Shown here: piece by piece, positions 10,356-19,278 of the stretch
How positions within the stretch are numbered: position 1 is the first letter of the stretch
Layout of the letters: each line of letters opens with the position of its first letter
Origin: Bacteroidia bacterium
GTDB taxonomy: Bacteria; Bacteroidota; Bacteroidia; AKYH767-A; OLB10
Assembly (NCBI GenBank): GCA_038206385.1
Contig: JBBRAW010000002.1
Span: 6,261 to 70,260, forward strand
Direction of reading: 5' to 3'
DNA: 64,000 bases
Position numbers and translations under genes: made by a program
The notes under the pieces: model-generated
What the model saw: only the letters and a program-made list of their open reading frames with translations
What the model was told of the DNA's origin: nothing
The model's database searches: none

Positions 10356-10540
10356 GTGCGGCTGTGGTCAAGCGTAAGAGCGAACTATCAATTGATGGAC
10401 CGATGAAGAAAATAGAAAGTAATGCCTTTTGTTTTTCACTTAATGTCTTTTTAGAAAGTACAATGTTCAATTGATAGTTGGTTACGCTTGTGGGCTTTTC
10501 TTTGGTTCGTTTCTTTTGCCCACCAAAAGAAATGAACAAA
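10356..10540 (+). ncRNA. Structured non-coding element, copy A (long stem plus 3' pseudoknot/hairpin); RNA versus ssDNA function unknown
   Basis: Pairings 10369-10377/10482-10490, 10383-10395/10467-10479 and 10505-10518/10524-10537. Homologous and covarying with 38520-38708. G-T pairs favour the + strand. Confidence 0.6.
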
Positions 10541-10866
10541 ATATTAATTGAAAAACAATTATTTATTTACCAAAAATTTAAATCGAAGCACGTTATTAAA
10601 AAATAATCGGAGAAACTATGTTTCATTTCCCCACCAAAATAAATGAACAAACATAAATTGAAAAACAATTATTTATTTACCAAATATCAAAATCGAAGTA
10701 CGTAAAAAAAAAGAATCGAAGAAACAATGTTTCATTTCCCCGCCAAAAGAAATGAACAAAACAAAATTGGATAACGATTATTTATTTACCGCTAGACAAA
10801 ATCGAAGCAGGCAACTAAAAAATCGAAGAATTTATGTTCCTCTCAAACATTAAAAGAAATAAAAAC
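10520..10866. repeat. Degenerate ~110-bp tandem repeat, 3 copies plus a partial
   Basis: Units start CC(A/G)CCAAAA(G/T)AAATGAACAAA at 10520, 10631 and 10740 and share ATTATTTATTTACC and AAATCGAAG. Partial fourth unit near 10846-10866. Confidence 0.9.
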
Positions 10867-10886
10867 TACAATTCAACATTACAAAA

Positions 10887-12149
10887 CTAACGAAGTATAT
10901 ACATCCTATAACTATCCAATTTAATTAGGATAAAAAGCAAAATTGTAAAGCTCCAAAGGGACGAACCTCCATAGCTAAAAAATGGTAATGGAATTCCGAT
11001 AACAGGTGCTAATCCGATTGCCATCCCAACGTTAATCATGATGTGAAAAAATAAAATAGAGGCAACACCGTAACCATAAATTCTCGTATAAGAAGAACGT
11101 TGTCGTTCGGCGATAAAGATGATGCGGTAGAGTAGTGCTAGAAATAATAGGAGAACAACAGTTGTTCCTGCGAATCCCCATTCTTCACCAACAGTACAAA
11201 AAATAAAATCGGTACTTTGTTCAGGAACGAAATCATATTTTGTTTGTGTTCCTTGTAAATATCCTTTTCCATTTAACCCTCCAGATCCTATTGCAATCAA
11301 ACTCTGATTAACATTATAACCGGCGCCTTTTGGATCGGATTTCTTGCCAAGTAAAATATCGATGCGTTCACGTTGATGAGCTTGAAGAATTTTATTGTAA
11401 GCGTAATCAACAGAGAATACTACACCAGCCGACATCACAGCAATTAATAGGATGGCAAATAAATTCTTTCTCGTTTTGCGCATTAAGAGATAGGTAAGCA
11501 ATGATGCTCCACCAATTACTCCAAGTAAAATTAGTTTGGAAACCATTAATGCTAGTACAAATAATACTCCAGCTAAGAATCCAAAAATTAAAACATTTTG
11601 TGATAAGCCTTCACGATACAACACAAAAATAAATGCGCCGAAAACTAATGCTGATCCTGTATCATTTTGTAATAAAATTAATGCAACAGGTAATGCTACA
11701 ATGATTCCAGCAGTAATTTTTGTTCGCATATCTTCCATACGAATATTTAATGTGCTCAAATATTTTGCAACAGCCATGTTTGTAGCAAACTTTGCAAATT
11801 CTGAAGGTTGTAATTTAAAACTTCCAATTTCTATCCATGCGCGTGCACCCTGAACATCTTTTGCAACAAATAAAACGAAAAGCACAAGCACCATTATTAC
11901 TGCATATATTGGATAGGAGAATGCCGCAAAAAATTTTCCATCGATAACTAATATTGCTAATGCTAATACTAATGAAGTACCAATCCATAATAACTGGCGT
12001 CCGTAATTTTGTGATAAATCAAAGATGCTACTGTGTTCTTCATTAAAAACAGCAGCATAGATATTCATCCATCCCATTAATACCAATACCAAGTACATCG
12101 TCACCAGTACCCAATCAATATTTTCAAATATGTTTTTTTGCTGACGCAT
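10887..12149 (-). CDS. rodA: Rod shape-determining protein RodA (SEDS)
   Basis: QPSEFAK, QNDTGSA, AIGSGG, PEQSTDFIF and PLPFFSYGGSS. Confidence 0.95.
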   Translation of the reverse strand: MRQQKNIFENIDWVLVTMYLVLVLMGWMNIYAAVFNEEHSSIFDLSQNYGRQLLWIGTSLVLALAILVIDGKFFAAFSYPIYAVIMVLVLFVLFVAKDVQGARAWIEIGSFKLQPSEFAKFATNMAVAKYLSTLNIRMEDMRTKITAGIIVALPVALILLQNDTGSALVFGAFIFVLYREGLSQNVLIFGFLAGVLFVLALMVSKLILLGVIGGASLLTYLLMRKTRKNLFAILLIAVMSAGVVFSVDYAYNKILQAHQRERIDILLGKKSDPKGAGYNVNQSLIAIGSGGLNGKGYLQGTQTKYDFVPEQSTDFIFCTVGEEWGFAGTTVVLLLFLALLYRIIFIAERQRSSYTRIYGYGVASILFFHIMINVGMAIGLAPVIGIPLPFFSYGGSSLWSFTILLFILIKLDSYRMYILR

Positions 12150-12217
12150 TTTTTTTAAGGTACTGTATTATTTTTTACTCTGAAATTTTTTACTATGAGA
12201 TAACTTTTAAATAAGAA

Positions 12218-14221
12218 TTACAATTTATTTTTCGTAGCGTTCTTATGATGCTCTTCACTATTCGTTAGCATTGCAGTTGGCTTGGTAGATTTTTCTTTCT
12301 CCTTTTTTATCGGAGCTTTCGTTTTTGCTTTTTGCTCTATTTTTATTTTAGGCGTCACATCATTGTTTAGTAACGGCTCATTGTCTGTTTCATCTTCATC
12401 TTTTTTCGTAACGAATGAAGGTAATATAACTCCGCTTTCCATTTTCTCTTCTAAAGTTGGTCGCGTGATAGAATCAGTGAGGTATTTTTCCATCATTAAG
12501 CTTGCAATAGGAGCAGCCCAAGTAGCACCAAATCCTGCATTTTCTACCATCACTGCAATAGCAATTTTAGGATTATCGCGAGGTGCAAAGGCAACAAATA
12601 AAGAGTGATCTTTTCCATGAGGATTTTGTGCGGTTCCTGTTTTTCCACAGATAACCATATTGCCAAATTGTGCAATCCTTGCTGTGCCTGCTTCCACAAC
12701 TTTTTGCATTCCATCATGCACTATATTGAACCAAGACGAATCAACTTTGCAATAATGTTTCTCTGCAAGATTACGCGTGTTGTTAGGCTTGTTTGCAATT
12801 GATTTAATAATGTGCGGTGTATAATAATATCCTTTGTTTGCGATGATACAAATAATATTCGCCATCTGTAATGGTGTAACACCTAATTCACCCTGACCAA
12901 TTCCTAATGAAAAAATTGTTAATGCATGCCAATGATTTTTACCATAAATTTTATCGTAAAATGCAAGTGATGGAATCAATCCTTTTAACTCATGTGGCAT
13001 ATCAACACCAATCTTTAAACCGATTCCAAAACTCATCATGTAATCACGCCAAATTTCATAACCATGTTCACTGGTTCCATATTTTCTGTTATCCACGAAG
13101 GTGCGAAAGGTGTTACAAAAAAATGGATTACACGAAAACTGTATCGACTGCACTAACGGTCCGGGAACGTGGGGATGACAATGTACCGATTTACTTCCAA
13201 CAATAAATGAATGAGGAAAAGTTGTTGACGGTGTAATCACTCCTTCTTGCAACGATGATAACGCACTCGTTAATTTAAATGTTGATCCAGGAGGATAATA
13301 AGCCTGCATCGCTCGATTAAATAATGGCTTTAAAGGATCACGTAATAAGTTACCATAATTTTTTGAGCGCACACGACCAACTAATAAATTTGGATCATAA
13401 GATGGACTTGATATGAGTGCTAAAATCTCACCCGTTTTTGGTTCGATGGCTACCAAAGCTCCAACTTTATTCTGCATTAATTTTTCACCGTAAGCTTGTA
13501 AGTCCGCATCTAATGATGAAACTAAATTTGATCCAGCAACAGCAGCGGAATCATACGATCCATTTTTAAAACTTCCTTTCTCACGATTGTAAACATCCAC
13601 CATGATAATACGAACGCCTCGTTTCCCACGTAACTCTCCTTCATAACTCTGCTCAACACCACTAATACCAATATAATCACCTTGCTTGTAATACGGATTC
13701 TTCAAAATCAAATCATCATTCACCTCACCAATGTAACCTAATACATGCGCTGCTGTGTTGTTAGGATATTTACGAAGTGTTCGAGGCTGAACATAAAATC
13801 CCGGAAACTTATATAACTTCTCTTGAAAGGTTGCATAACTCTCAGCGGAAATTTGTTTTTCAAAAATGGATGACTTGATTTTCGAAAAAACTTTCGCCTT
13901 CGTCATTTTATCAATGAAGTTAACTTTATCGATCTCAAGTAATGCACAAAATTCTGTGGTATCAATATCTTTTACCTGACGAGGGATAACCATCAAATCA
14001 TATACTGCTTGATTAAATGCTAAAATTTTTCCTTTACGATCATAAATCATTCCTCGTGCAGGATAATCAATCATGTATCGCAATACATTGTTATTTGCAG
14101 AAACAGTGTAACTGTCATCAACAACTTGGATATAAAATAGTCGCGTTAAAAAGATGATCACAACGGCAGTAAATATACCGATGACCACGAGGCGCTGTCC
14201 GCTGTTTGCGGTATTATCCAT
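12218..14221 (-). CDS. mrdA: Penicillin-binding protein 2
   Basis: PARGMIYDR, SxxK (PGSTFK), SxN (SCN) and KTG (GKTGTAQ); lies in the mre operon. Confidence 0.95.
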   Translation of the reverse strand: MDNTANSGQRLVVIGIFTAVVIIFLTRLFYIQVVDDSYTVSANNNVLRYMIDYPARGMIYDRKGKILAFNQAVYDLMVIPRQVKDIDTTEFCALLEIDKVNFIDKMTKAKVFSKIKSSIFEKQISAESYATFQEKLYKFPGFYVQPRTLRKYPNNTAAHVLGYIGEVNDDLILKNPYYKQGDYIGISGVEQSYEGELRGKRGVRIIMVDVYNREKGSFKNGSYDSAAVAGSNLVSSLDADLQAYGEKLMQNKVGALVAIEPKTGEILALISSPSYDPNLLVGRVRSKNYGNLLRDPLKPLFNRAMQAYYPPGSTFKLTSALSSLQEGVITPSTTFPHSFIVGSKSVHCHPHVPGPLVQSIQFSCNPFFCNTFRTFVDNRKYGTSEHGYEIWRDYMMSFGIGLKIGVDMPHELKGLIPSLAFYDKIYGKNHWHALTIFSLGIGQGELGVTPLQMANIICIIANKGYYYTPHIIKSIANKPNNTRNLAEKHYCKVDSSWFNIVHDGMQKVVEAGTARIAQFGNMVICGKTGTAQNPHGKDHSLFVAFAPRDNPKIAIAVMVENAGFGATWAAPIASLMMEKYLTDSITRPTLEEKMESGVILPSFVTKKDEDETDNEPLLNNDVTPKIKIEQKAKTKAPIKKEKEKSTKPTAMLTNSEEHHKNATKNKL

Positions 14222-14259
14222 TTTGATAAATTATTTTAATGCTGTAATTGAAATGGTAA

Positions 14260-14793
14260 TTATACTCCTGCACGTTGTAATCGTTCACTAGGTTTTGTAC
14301 TGATGTATTGTGCAATAATTACAAGTAGCAAAGTTACAATACTGCTTAAGATTACTCTGAAGAAGGTACTGAAAAATTCACTGAAGCGGAATACTTCAAT
14401 ATAAAATAATGCTAAGTGATGAATTAATATTAACACAAAAGAGTAAGCAGCAAACCAACGAAAACCAAATTTTTTTATGGAAGGTATTGCATCCGCTTCG
14501 TATCCATCACGAGGTGCAATCATTTTCAACCAACCCGGGCGAGCAAAGGCAAGAAACAAACATGCAGAGGCATGCATTCCAACAGTGTTCTGAAACATGT
14601 CAATAGTAAGACCAGTAACCAATGCAACAAATAACAACAATAATTTTGGAGTACTTATCGGAAGTGTTATTAAAAATAAAACATATAAATAAGGATTGAT
14701 AAATCCACCAAGCTGAACATTGTTCAATACCAATACTTGAAAGGTAACAAGCACAATGAAACGTAAGATGATGCGAAGGATATCGATTATCAT
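14260..14793 (-). CDS. mreD: Rod shape-determining protein MreD
   Basis: Hydrophobic 177-aa protein between mreC and mrdA; ATGA overlap with mreC. Confidence 0.9.
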   Translation of the reverse strand: MIIDILRIILRFIVLVTFQVLVLNNVQLGGFINPYLYVLFLITLPISTPKLLLLFVALVTGLTIDMFQNTVGMHASACLFLAFARPGWLKMIAPRDGYEADAIPSIKKFGFRWFAAYSFVLILIHHLALFYIEVFRFSEFFSTFFRVILSSIVTLLLVIIAQYISTKPSERLQRAGV

Positions 14794-15626
14794 TTATCGT
14801 CTTGTTTATTATTGGATTCTAATTCTCTTTGTTCGTTCTTCATTAAGTTGTCAACGATATTTACATAACTTAAATTATCAAATCGTGTGGATAATCGTAC
14901 TCGAATCTGATGAAAATTTGATCCTGGATTTAATTTTGCTTCAACAACAGTTCCTAACATAATTCCTGCTGGGAATATGGAAGAGTAAGCAGTAGTAATA
15001 ATCGTATCCCCTTTCTGAACAGGAACTGTTTTGTCAATTTCATTTAATGTTGCAATAGATGGATCAACACCATCCCACACTAAAGAACCAAAAAATTTAT
15101 TGCGTTTTATCATTCCACTAATGCGCGTATCTTTATGTAGGAACGACATTACCGTACAATAATGTTCCGAAACTTGTTTTACAATCCCTACAATTCCTTT
15201 CGAAGTAATAACGCCCATTTCAGGTTTCACACCTTGTAAACTTCCTCTGTTTAATGTGAGATAATTATTACGATGGTTAATCGAATTGTTGATCACCTTT
15301 GCAGTGATGTATTTATATTGTTGGAAATTGATACTATCATTCACAACGATGCGTGAACTATCAACATCGTATTTTGCATCATTCAACATCTCTCGCAATG
15401 AAGCATTTTCTTTAGCGAGATTTTCATTGTTCTCACGAAGATGAATGTATTCTTTAACATAACTATAACCTTCCATCACTTCTGTCACTACTGAATTTGT
15501 AGCATTTAGAATTGTTGCATGTTGGTAATAATTATTGTTGATGATAAGATAAATGCAAAAGGACTGCAACAAGATAAAAAACAGCGTAAAGTTGTTTCGC
15601 CAGAGTAGCAGAAATAATAATCTCAT
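14790..15626 (-). CDS. mreC: Rod shape-determining protein MreC
   Basis: N-terminal TM, coiled coil (ENENLAKENASLR), GIVGIV and FPAGI; follows mreB. Confidence 0.93.
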   Translation of the reverse strand: MRLLFLLLWRNNFTLFFILLQSFCIYLIINNNYYQHATILNATNSVVTEVMEGYSYVKEYIHLRENNENLAKENASLREMLNDAKYDVDSSRIVVNDSINFQQYKYITAKVINNSINHRNNYLTLNRGSLQGVKPEMGVITSKGIVGIVKQVSEHYCTVMSFLHKDTRISGMIKRNKFFGSLVWDGVDPSIATLNEIDKTVPVQKGDTIITTAYSSIFPAGIMLGTVVEAKLNPGSNFHQIRVRLSTRFDNLSYVNIVDNLMKNEQRELESNNKQDDK

Positions 15627-15713
15627 TCAATTGTTATTTGCATCTCGATTCGAAATTTTAATGTTGCGAATCGATGATTGATGAATGCCTTTAAGCTATC
15701 CTACTAATTTTTA

Positions 15714-16736
15714 TTAATGCTGAAGAAACTTGTAACGATGAATATTTTTTAATGCGATTCCTGTTCCACGCACTACTGCTCTCAACGGATCTTCAGCAAC
15801 GTGTACTGGAAGTTTTGTTTTCATCGAGATGCGTTTATCTAAACCACGTAACAATGCCCCGCCACCTGTTAAATAAATTCCAGTGCGATAAATATCTGCT
15901 GATAATTCAGGAGGAGTAATTTCTAAAGCTTTCAAAATCGCTTCTTCAATTTTAGAAATCGATTTATCCAAGGCATGTGCAATTTCTGGATAGCTAACAG
16001 TAATTTCTTTTGGAATTCCTGTCATCAAATCACGACCATGAACAGCAAAATCTGGTGGAGGATTATCTAATTCTGGTAATGCAGAACCAACTTCAATCTT
16101 GATTCGCTCCGCTGTTCTTTCTCCGATAAGGATATTGTGTTGACGACGCATGTAATCCCAAATATCCGTTGTGAAACCGTCGCCAGCAACACGAATACTT
16201 TGATCACAAACGATACCACCTAAAGCGATAACAGCAATTTCACTTGTGCCACCACCAATATCAATAATCATATTTCCCATTGGCTCTTCAACATCAATCC
16301 CAATTCCGATTGCTGCTGCCATTGGTTCATGAATCAGATAAACTTCTTTCGCTCCCGCATGTTCAGCTGAGTCACGAACTGCTCGTTTCTCTACTTCAGT
16401 AATTCCAGAAGGAATACAAATCACCATCCGTAAAGAAGGCGTGAAAAGCTTATTGCCAGGGTTGATCATTCGAATCATTCCCTTGATCATCTGCTCGGCT
16501 GCTTCGAAATCGGCGATAACACCATCTTTCAGCGGACGAACAGTTTTTATGTTTTCATGCGTCTTACCATGCATCATCATGGCTTGTTTTCCTACGGCAA
16601 TAACTTTTCCGTTGGTGCGATCAATAGCTACTATCGAGGGTTCGTCAACAACAACTTTATCGTTATTGATGATAAGTGTATTAGCTGTACCAAGATCAAT
16701 GGCAATCTCCTGTGTGAGGAAATCAAATAGTCCCAT
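15714..16736 (-). CDS. mreB: Actin-like protein MreB
   Basis: IDLGTANT, EPMAAAIG, DIGGGTSE and LTGGGALL. Confidence 0.97.
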   Translation of the reverse strand: MGLFDFLTQEIAIDLGTANTLIINNDKVVVDEPSIVAIDRTNGKVIAVGKQAMMMHGKTHENIKTVRPLKDGVIADFEAAEQMIKGMIRMINPGNKLFTPSLRMVICIPSGITEVEKRAVRDSAEHAGAKEVYLIHEPMAAAIGIGIDVEEPMGNMIIDIGGGTSEIAVIALGGIVCDQSIRVAGDGFTTDIWDYMRRQHNILIGERTAERIKIEVGSALPELDNPPPDFAVHGRDLMTGIPKEITVSYPEIAHALDKSISKIEEAILKALEITPPELSADIYRTGIYLTGGGALLRGLDKRISMKTKLPVHVAEDPLRAVVRGTGIALKNIHRYKFLQH

Positions 16737-16877
16737 TCTGCGTTGTGGATTATTTATGGGTTATTTTGGATAATTTAATTCAATGATAACATGCAACTTT
16801 GAATTATTTCCAATTTGTTGCAAGGTATATTTTCAACTGTTGCAAAGTTGATTGTTTTTATTGTAATTATTAACGTT

Positions 16878-18404
16878 CTAATGTTTAAAATGACGAATAT
16901 TTGTAATTACCATCGCCATCCCCGATTTATTGGCTTCGTCAGTCGAATCTTGATCGCGTAATGAGCCTCCTGGTTGTATCACAGCAGTCACTCCTGCCTC
17001 ATGTGCAATCTGTATACAATCTGGAAATGGGAAGAAAGCATCCGATGCCATCACCGATCCTTCAATAGAAAATCCAAAATGATTTGCTTTTTCAATAGCC
17101 TGTTTCAATGCATCAATGCGCGATGTTTGTCCAACTCCACTCGCTAGCAATTGCCCATCTTTAGTCAAAACGATTGCATTACTTTTACTATGCTTCACAA
17201 CTTTATTCGCAAAAACTAAATCTTTGTATTCAGATGCCGTTGGAACTTTCGTTGTAACAACTTTCATGTCTGCGATTTTTTCGATGCTATTATCGGGTTC
17301 CTGAACAAGAACTCCATTAAGTACGGTTCGCAAATTTTGTACGGATTTATTATATGACGTTGTCTCTAATAGAATTCTATTTTTCTTGCCTTGTAAAATC
17401 ACTAATGCTTCTTCCTCAAATGCTGGCGCCATTAAAACTTCGAAGAATAACAGATTCATCGATAAAGCTATCTCTTTCGTGATCACTTTGTTACTTACAA
17501 TCACACCGCCAAAAGCAGAAACTGGATCACCAGCCAATGCTTTTTCCCACGCCTTTAATAAGGAAGGATCACTCGCTATTCCACAAGCATTATTATGTTT
17601 GATAACAGCAATCGTTGGCTCCTCAAAATCATTGATGAGGTTTAACGCTGCATCAACATCTAATAAATTATTATAAGAAAGTTCTTTGCCATGTAGCTGT
17701 CGAAAAACTTCCGTTAGGTTGCCTTTAAAACTTGCTTTTTGATGTGGATTTTCTCCATATCGCAACGATTTACTTTCCCATGATGATGGAATTTCTATAG
17801 AAGGCTTTTGCTGATCCTTTTTTGCAAACCAGTTAAAGATGGCAGTATCATAAGTGCTACTTACGTTGAATGCCGATAATGCTTGCGCCTTTCTCTCTTC
17901 AACTGATGTTTTACCATCCTGATTTTCAAGAATATCAATTAATTTAGGATAATCATTAACGGTAGGAATAATCACTACATCATTAAAATTTTTGGCAGCA
18001 GCTCTTATTAGTGAAATACCACCAATGTCAATTTTTTCGATAATCGCTTCTTCGGTCTCGCCTGATGCAACGGTTTCTTGAAAAGGATATAAATCAACAA
18101 CGATCAAATCGAGAAATGGCAATTTGAATTCTTCCATTTGAGATTGATGTTCTTCGTCGTTGCGGATGGCAAGTATTCCTCCAAAGACAGCAGGATGTAA
18201 TGTTTTCACTCTTCCGCCAAGAATCGATGGGTAGCCAGTGATGTCTTCAACAGCAATAACTGGAATTCCCATTTGCTGAATGAAATCGAAAGTTCCACCT
18301 GTTGCATAAATCTTAACCCCTAAACGGTGCAAATGTTTAACAATTGTATCAAGACCATTTTTATGGTAAACCGATAGCAGAGCCGACTGAATAGTATTTT
18401 GCAT
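16878..18404 (-). CDS. purH: Bifunctional AICAR transformylase/IMP cyclohydrolase
   Basis: GGRVKTLHP, IDIGG, LRYGENPHQ, SDAFFPF and RHFKH C-terminus. Confidence 0.97.
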   Translation of the reverse strand: MQNTIQSALLSVYHKNGLDTIVKHLHRLGVKIYATGGTFDFIQQMGIPVIAVEDITGYPSILGGRVKTLHPAVFGGILAIRNDEEHQSQMEEFKLPFLDLIVVDLYPFQETVASGETEEAIIEKIDIGGISLIRAAAKNFNDVVIIPTVNDYPKLIDILENQDGKTSVEERKAQALSAFNVSSTYDTAIFNWFAKKDQQKPSIEIPSSWESKSLRYGENPHQKASFKGNLTEVFRQLHGKELSYNNLLDVDAALNLINDFEEPTIAVIKHNNACGIASDPSLLKAWEKALAGDPVSAFGGVIVSNKVITKEIALSMNLLFFEVLMAPAFEEEALVILQGKKNRILLETTSYNKSVQNLRTVLNGVLVQEPDNSIEKIADMKVVTTKVPTASEYKDLVFANKVVKHSKSNAIVLTKDGQLLASGVGQTSRIDALKQAIEKANHFGFSIEGSVMASDAFFPFPDCIQIAHEAGVTAVIQPGGSLRDQDSTDEANKSGMAMVITNIRHFKH

Positions 18405-18427
18405 TTAAGAAAGGAAATTGAAGGGTG

Positions 18428-18435
18428 CAAAAGTA
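18428..18435 (-). promoter_or_regulatory. Bacteroidota -7 promoter element for purH
   Basis: TACTTTTG on the - strand, 23 bp upstream of the purH ATG. Confidence 0.7.
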
Positions 18436-18588
18436 CATGGATACGCTAAATAATCGTTGAGAATTGAGAATAAAAAATTGAATAGTGAATTCCAATAATT
18501 GTCGAGATCAACTGAATTAAATATGAAGAGAATGAATCAAATGTTTTTTTGGCGTTCGCTCATCTTACATTCGCTGATTCGAAAATTA

Positions 18589-19272
18589 ATGCAAATGCAA
18601 ATTCTTCTCATTGAGGACGAAGTGAATGTTGTTTCTTTTATCCGTAAAGGTTTAGAAGAACAGTCATATAATGTTGAGGTTGCTTATGATGGTAAAATGG
18701 GACTTAAGATGGCGCTCGAAAAGGAATACGATCTTATCTTATTGGATGTAATCTTACCAGGCATGAACGGACTAGAGGTTTGTAAGGAGATTCGTTCGCG
18801 AAAGAATATTCCTATTTTGATGCTTACTGCACTTGGTTCAACCGATGATGTTGTAAATGGATTAGATAATGGTGCCGATGATTATTTGCGCAAACCATTT
18901 AAGTTCCAAGAATTACTAGCTAGGATTCGCGCTTTACTACGACGAAAATTTGATCCTGAAATAAATTCAATCAGCGAAATCGGTGGTCTTGAGGTTAACC
19001 ACCGAAATAAATCAGTAAAACGAAATGGCATTCCAATTAAGTTAACGGCAAGAGAGTTTTATCTTTTGCACTATTTTCTCAAAAACAAAGGTGTTCTAGT
19101 ATCAAGAGCCGATATAGCAGAAACTATTTGGGATAGCTCTTTCGGAAATGGTTCTAACGTTGTTGATGTATACGTGAATTATTTGCGAAATAAAATCGAT
19201 AAGAATTTTAATCCTAAATTAATTCATACGGTTTATGGAATGGGATATATATTTCGTGAGGAAACTGATTGA
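18589..19272 (+). CDS. OmpR-family response regulator (CusR/CzcR-like); start at 18589 or 18595 rather than 18499
   Basis: ILLIEDE, LLDVILP, GADDYLRKPF and wHTH VVDVYVNYLRNKID..TVYGMGY. A -7-like TACATTCG at 18566-18573 lies inside the longer ORF call. Confidence 0.9.
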   Translation: MQMQILLIEDEVNVVSFIRKGLEEQSYNVEVAYDGKMGLKMALEKEYDLILLDVILPGMNGLEVCKEIRSRKNIPILMLTALGSTDDVVNGLDNGADDYLRKPFKFQELLARIRALLRRKFDPEINSISEIGGLEVNHRNKSVKRNGIPIKLTAREFYLLHYFLKNKGVLVSRADIAETIWDSSFGNGSNVVDVYVNYLRNKIDKNFNPKLIHTVYGMGYIFREETD

Positions 19273-19278
19273 CGTATC

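Noticed and set aside
10399-10460. Hammerhead ribozyme (CCGATGA resembles CUGANGA)
   Set aside because: U4 is replaced and no conserved GAAA follows the next stem in both copies; the topology does not fit.
10324-10539. 71-aa ORF on the - strand
   Set aside because: Antisense shadow of the structured element; no matching 60+ aa ORF is called over copy B and the conservation pattern follows base pairing.
10356-10540. Group II intron remnant (GTGCG start)
   Set aside because: No domain V/VI-like sequence, no RT ORF, too short, and copy B starts GTGCA.
10520-10866. CRISPR-like array of hairpin repeats with spacers
   Set aside because: The sequences between hairpins are homologous to each other, so this is a tandem duplication without unique spacers.
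15645-15674. 8-bp hairpin between mreB and mreC as a novel RNA
   Set aside because: Single short stem without a second copy; likely an ordinary intra-operon stabiliser.
18457-18493. Heptamer-like repeats (TTGAGAA x2; similar TCGTAAT x2 near 46806 and AATCCTG near 10172-10195)
   Set aside because: Only two or three degenerate units each in AT-rich DNA; too weak to call.
18499-18588. N-terminal extension of the response regulator
   Set aside because: TTG-initiated extension contains a -7-like box; the receiver domain starts at 18589/18595.
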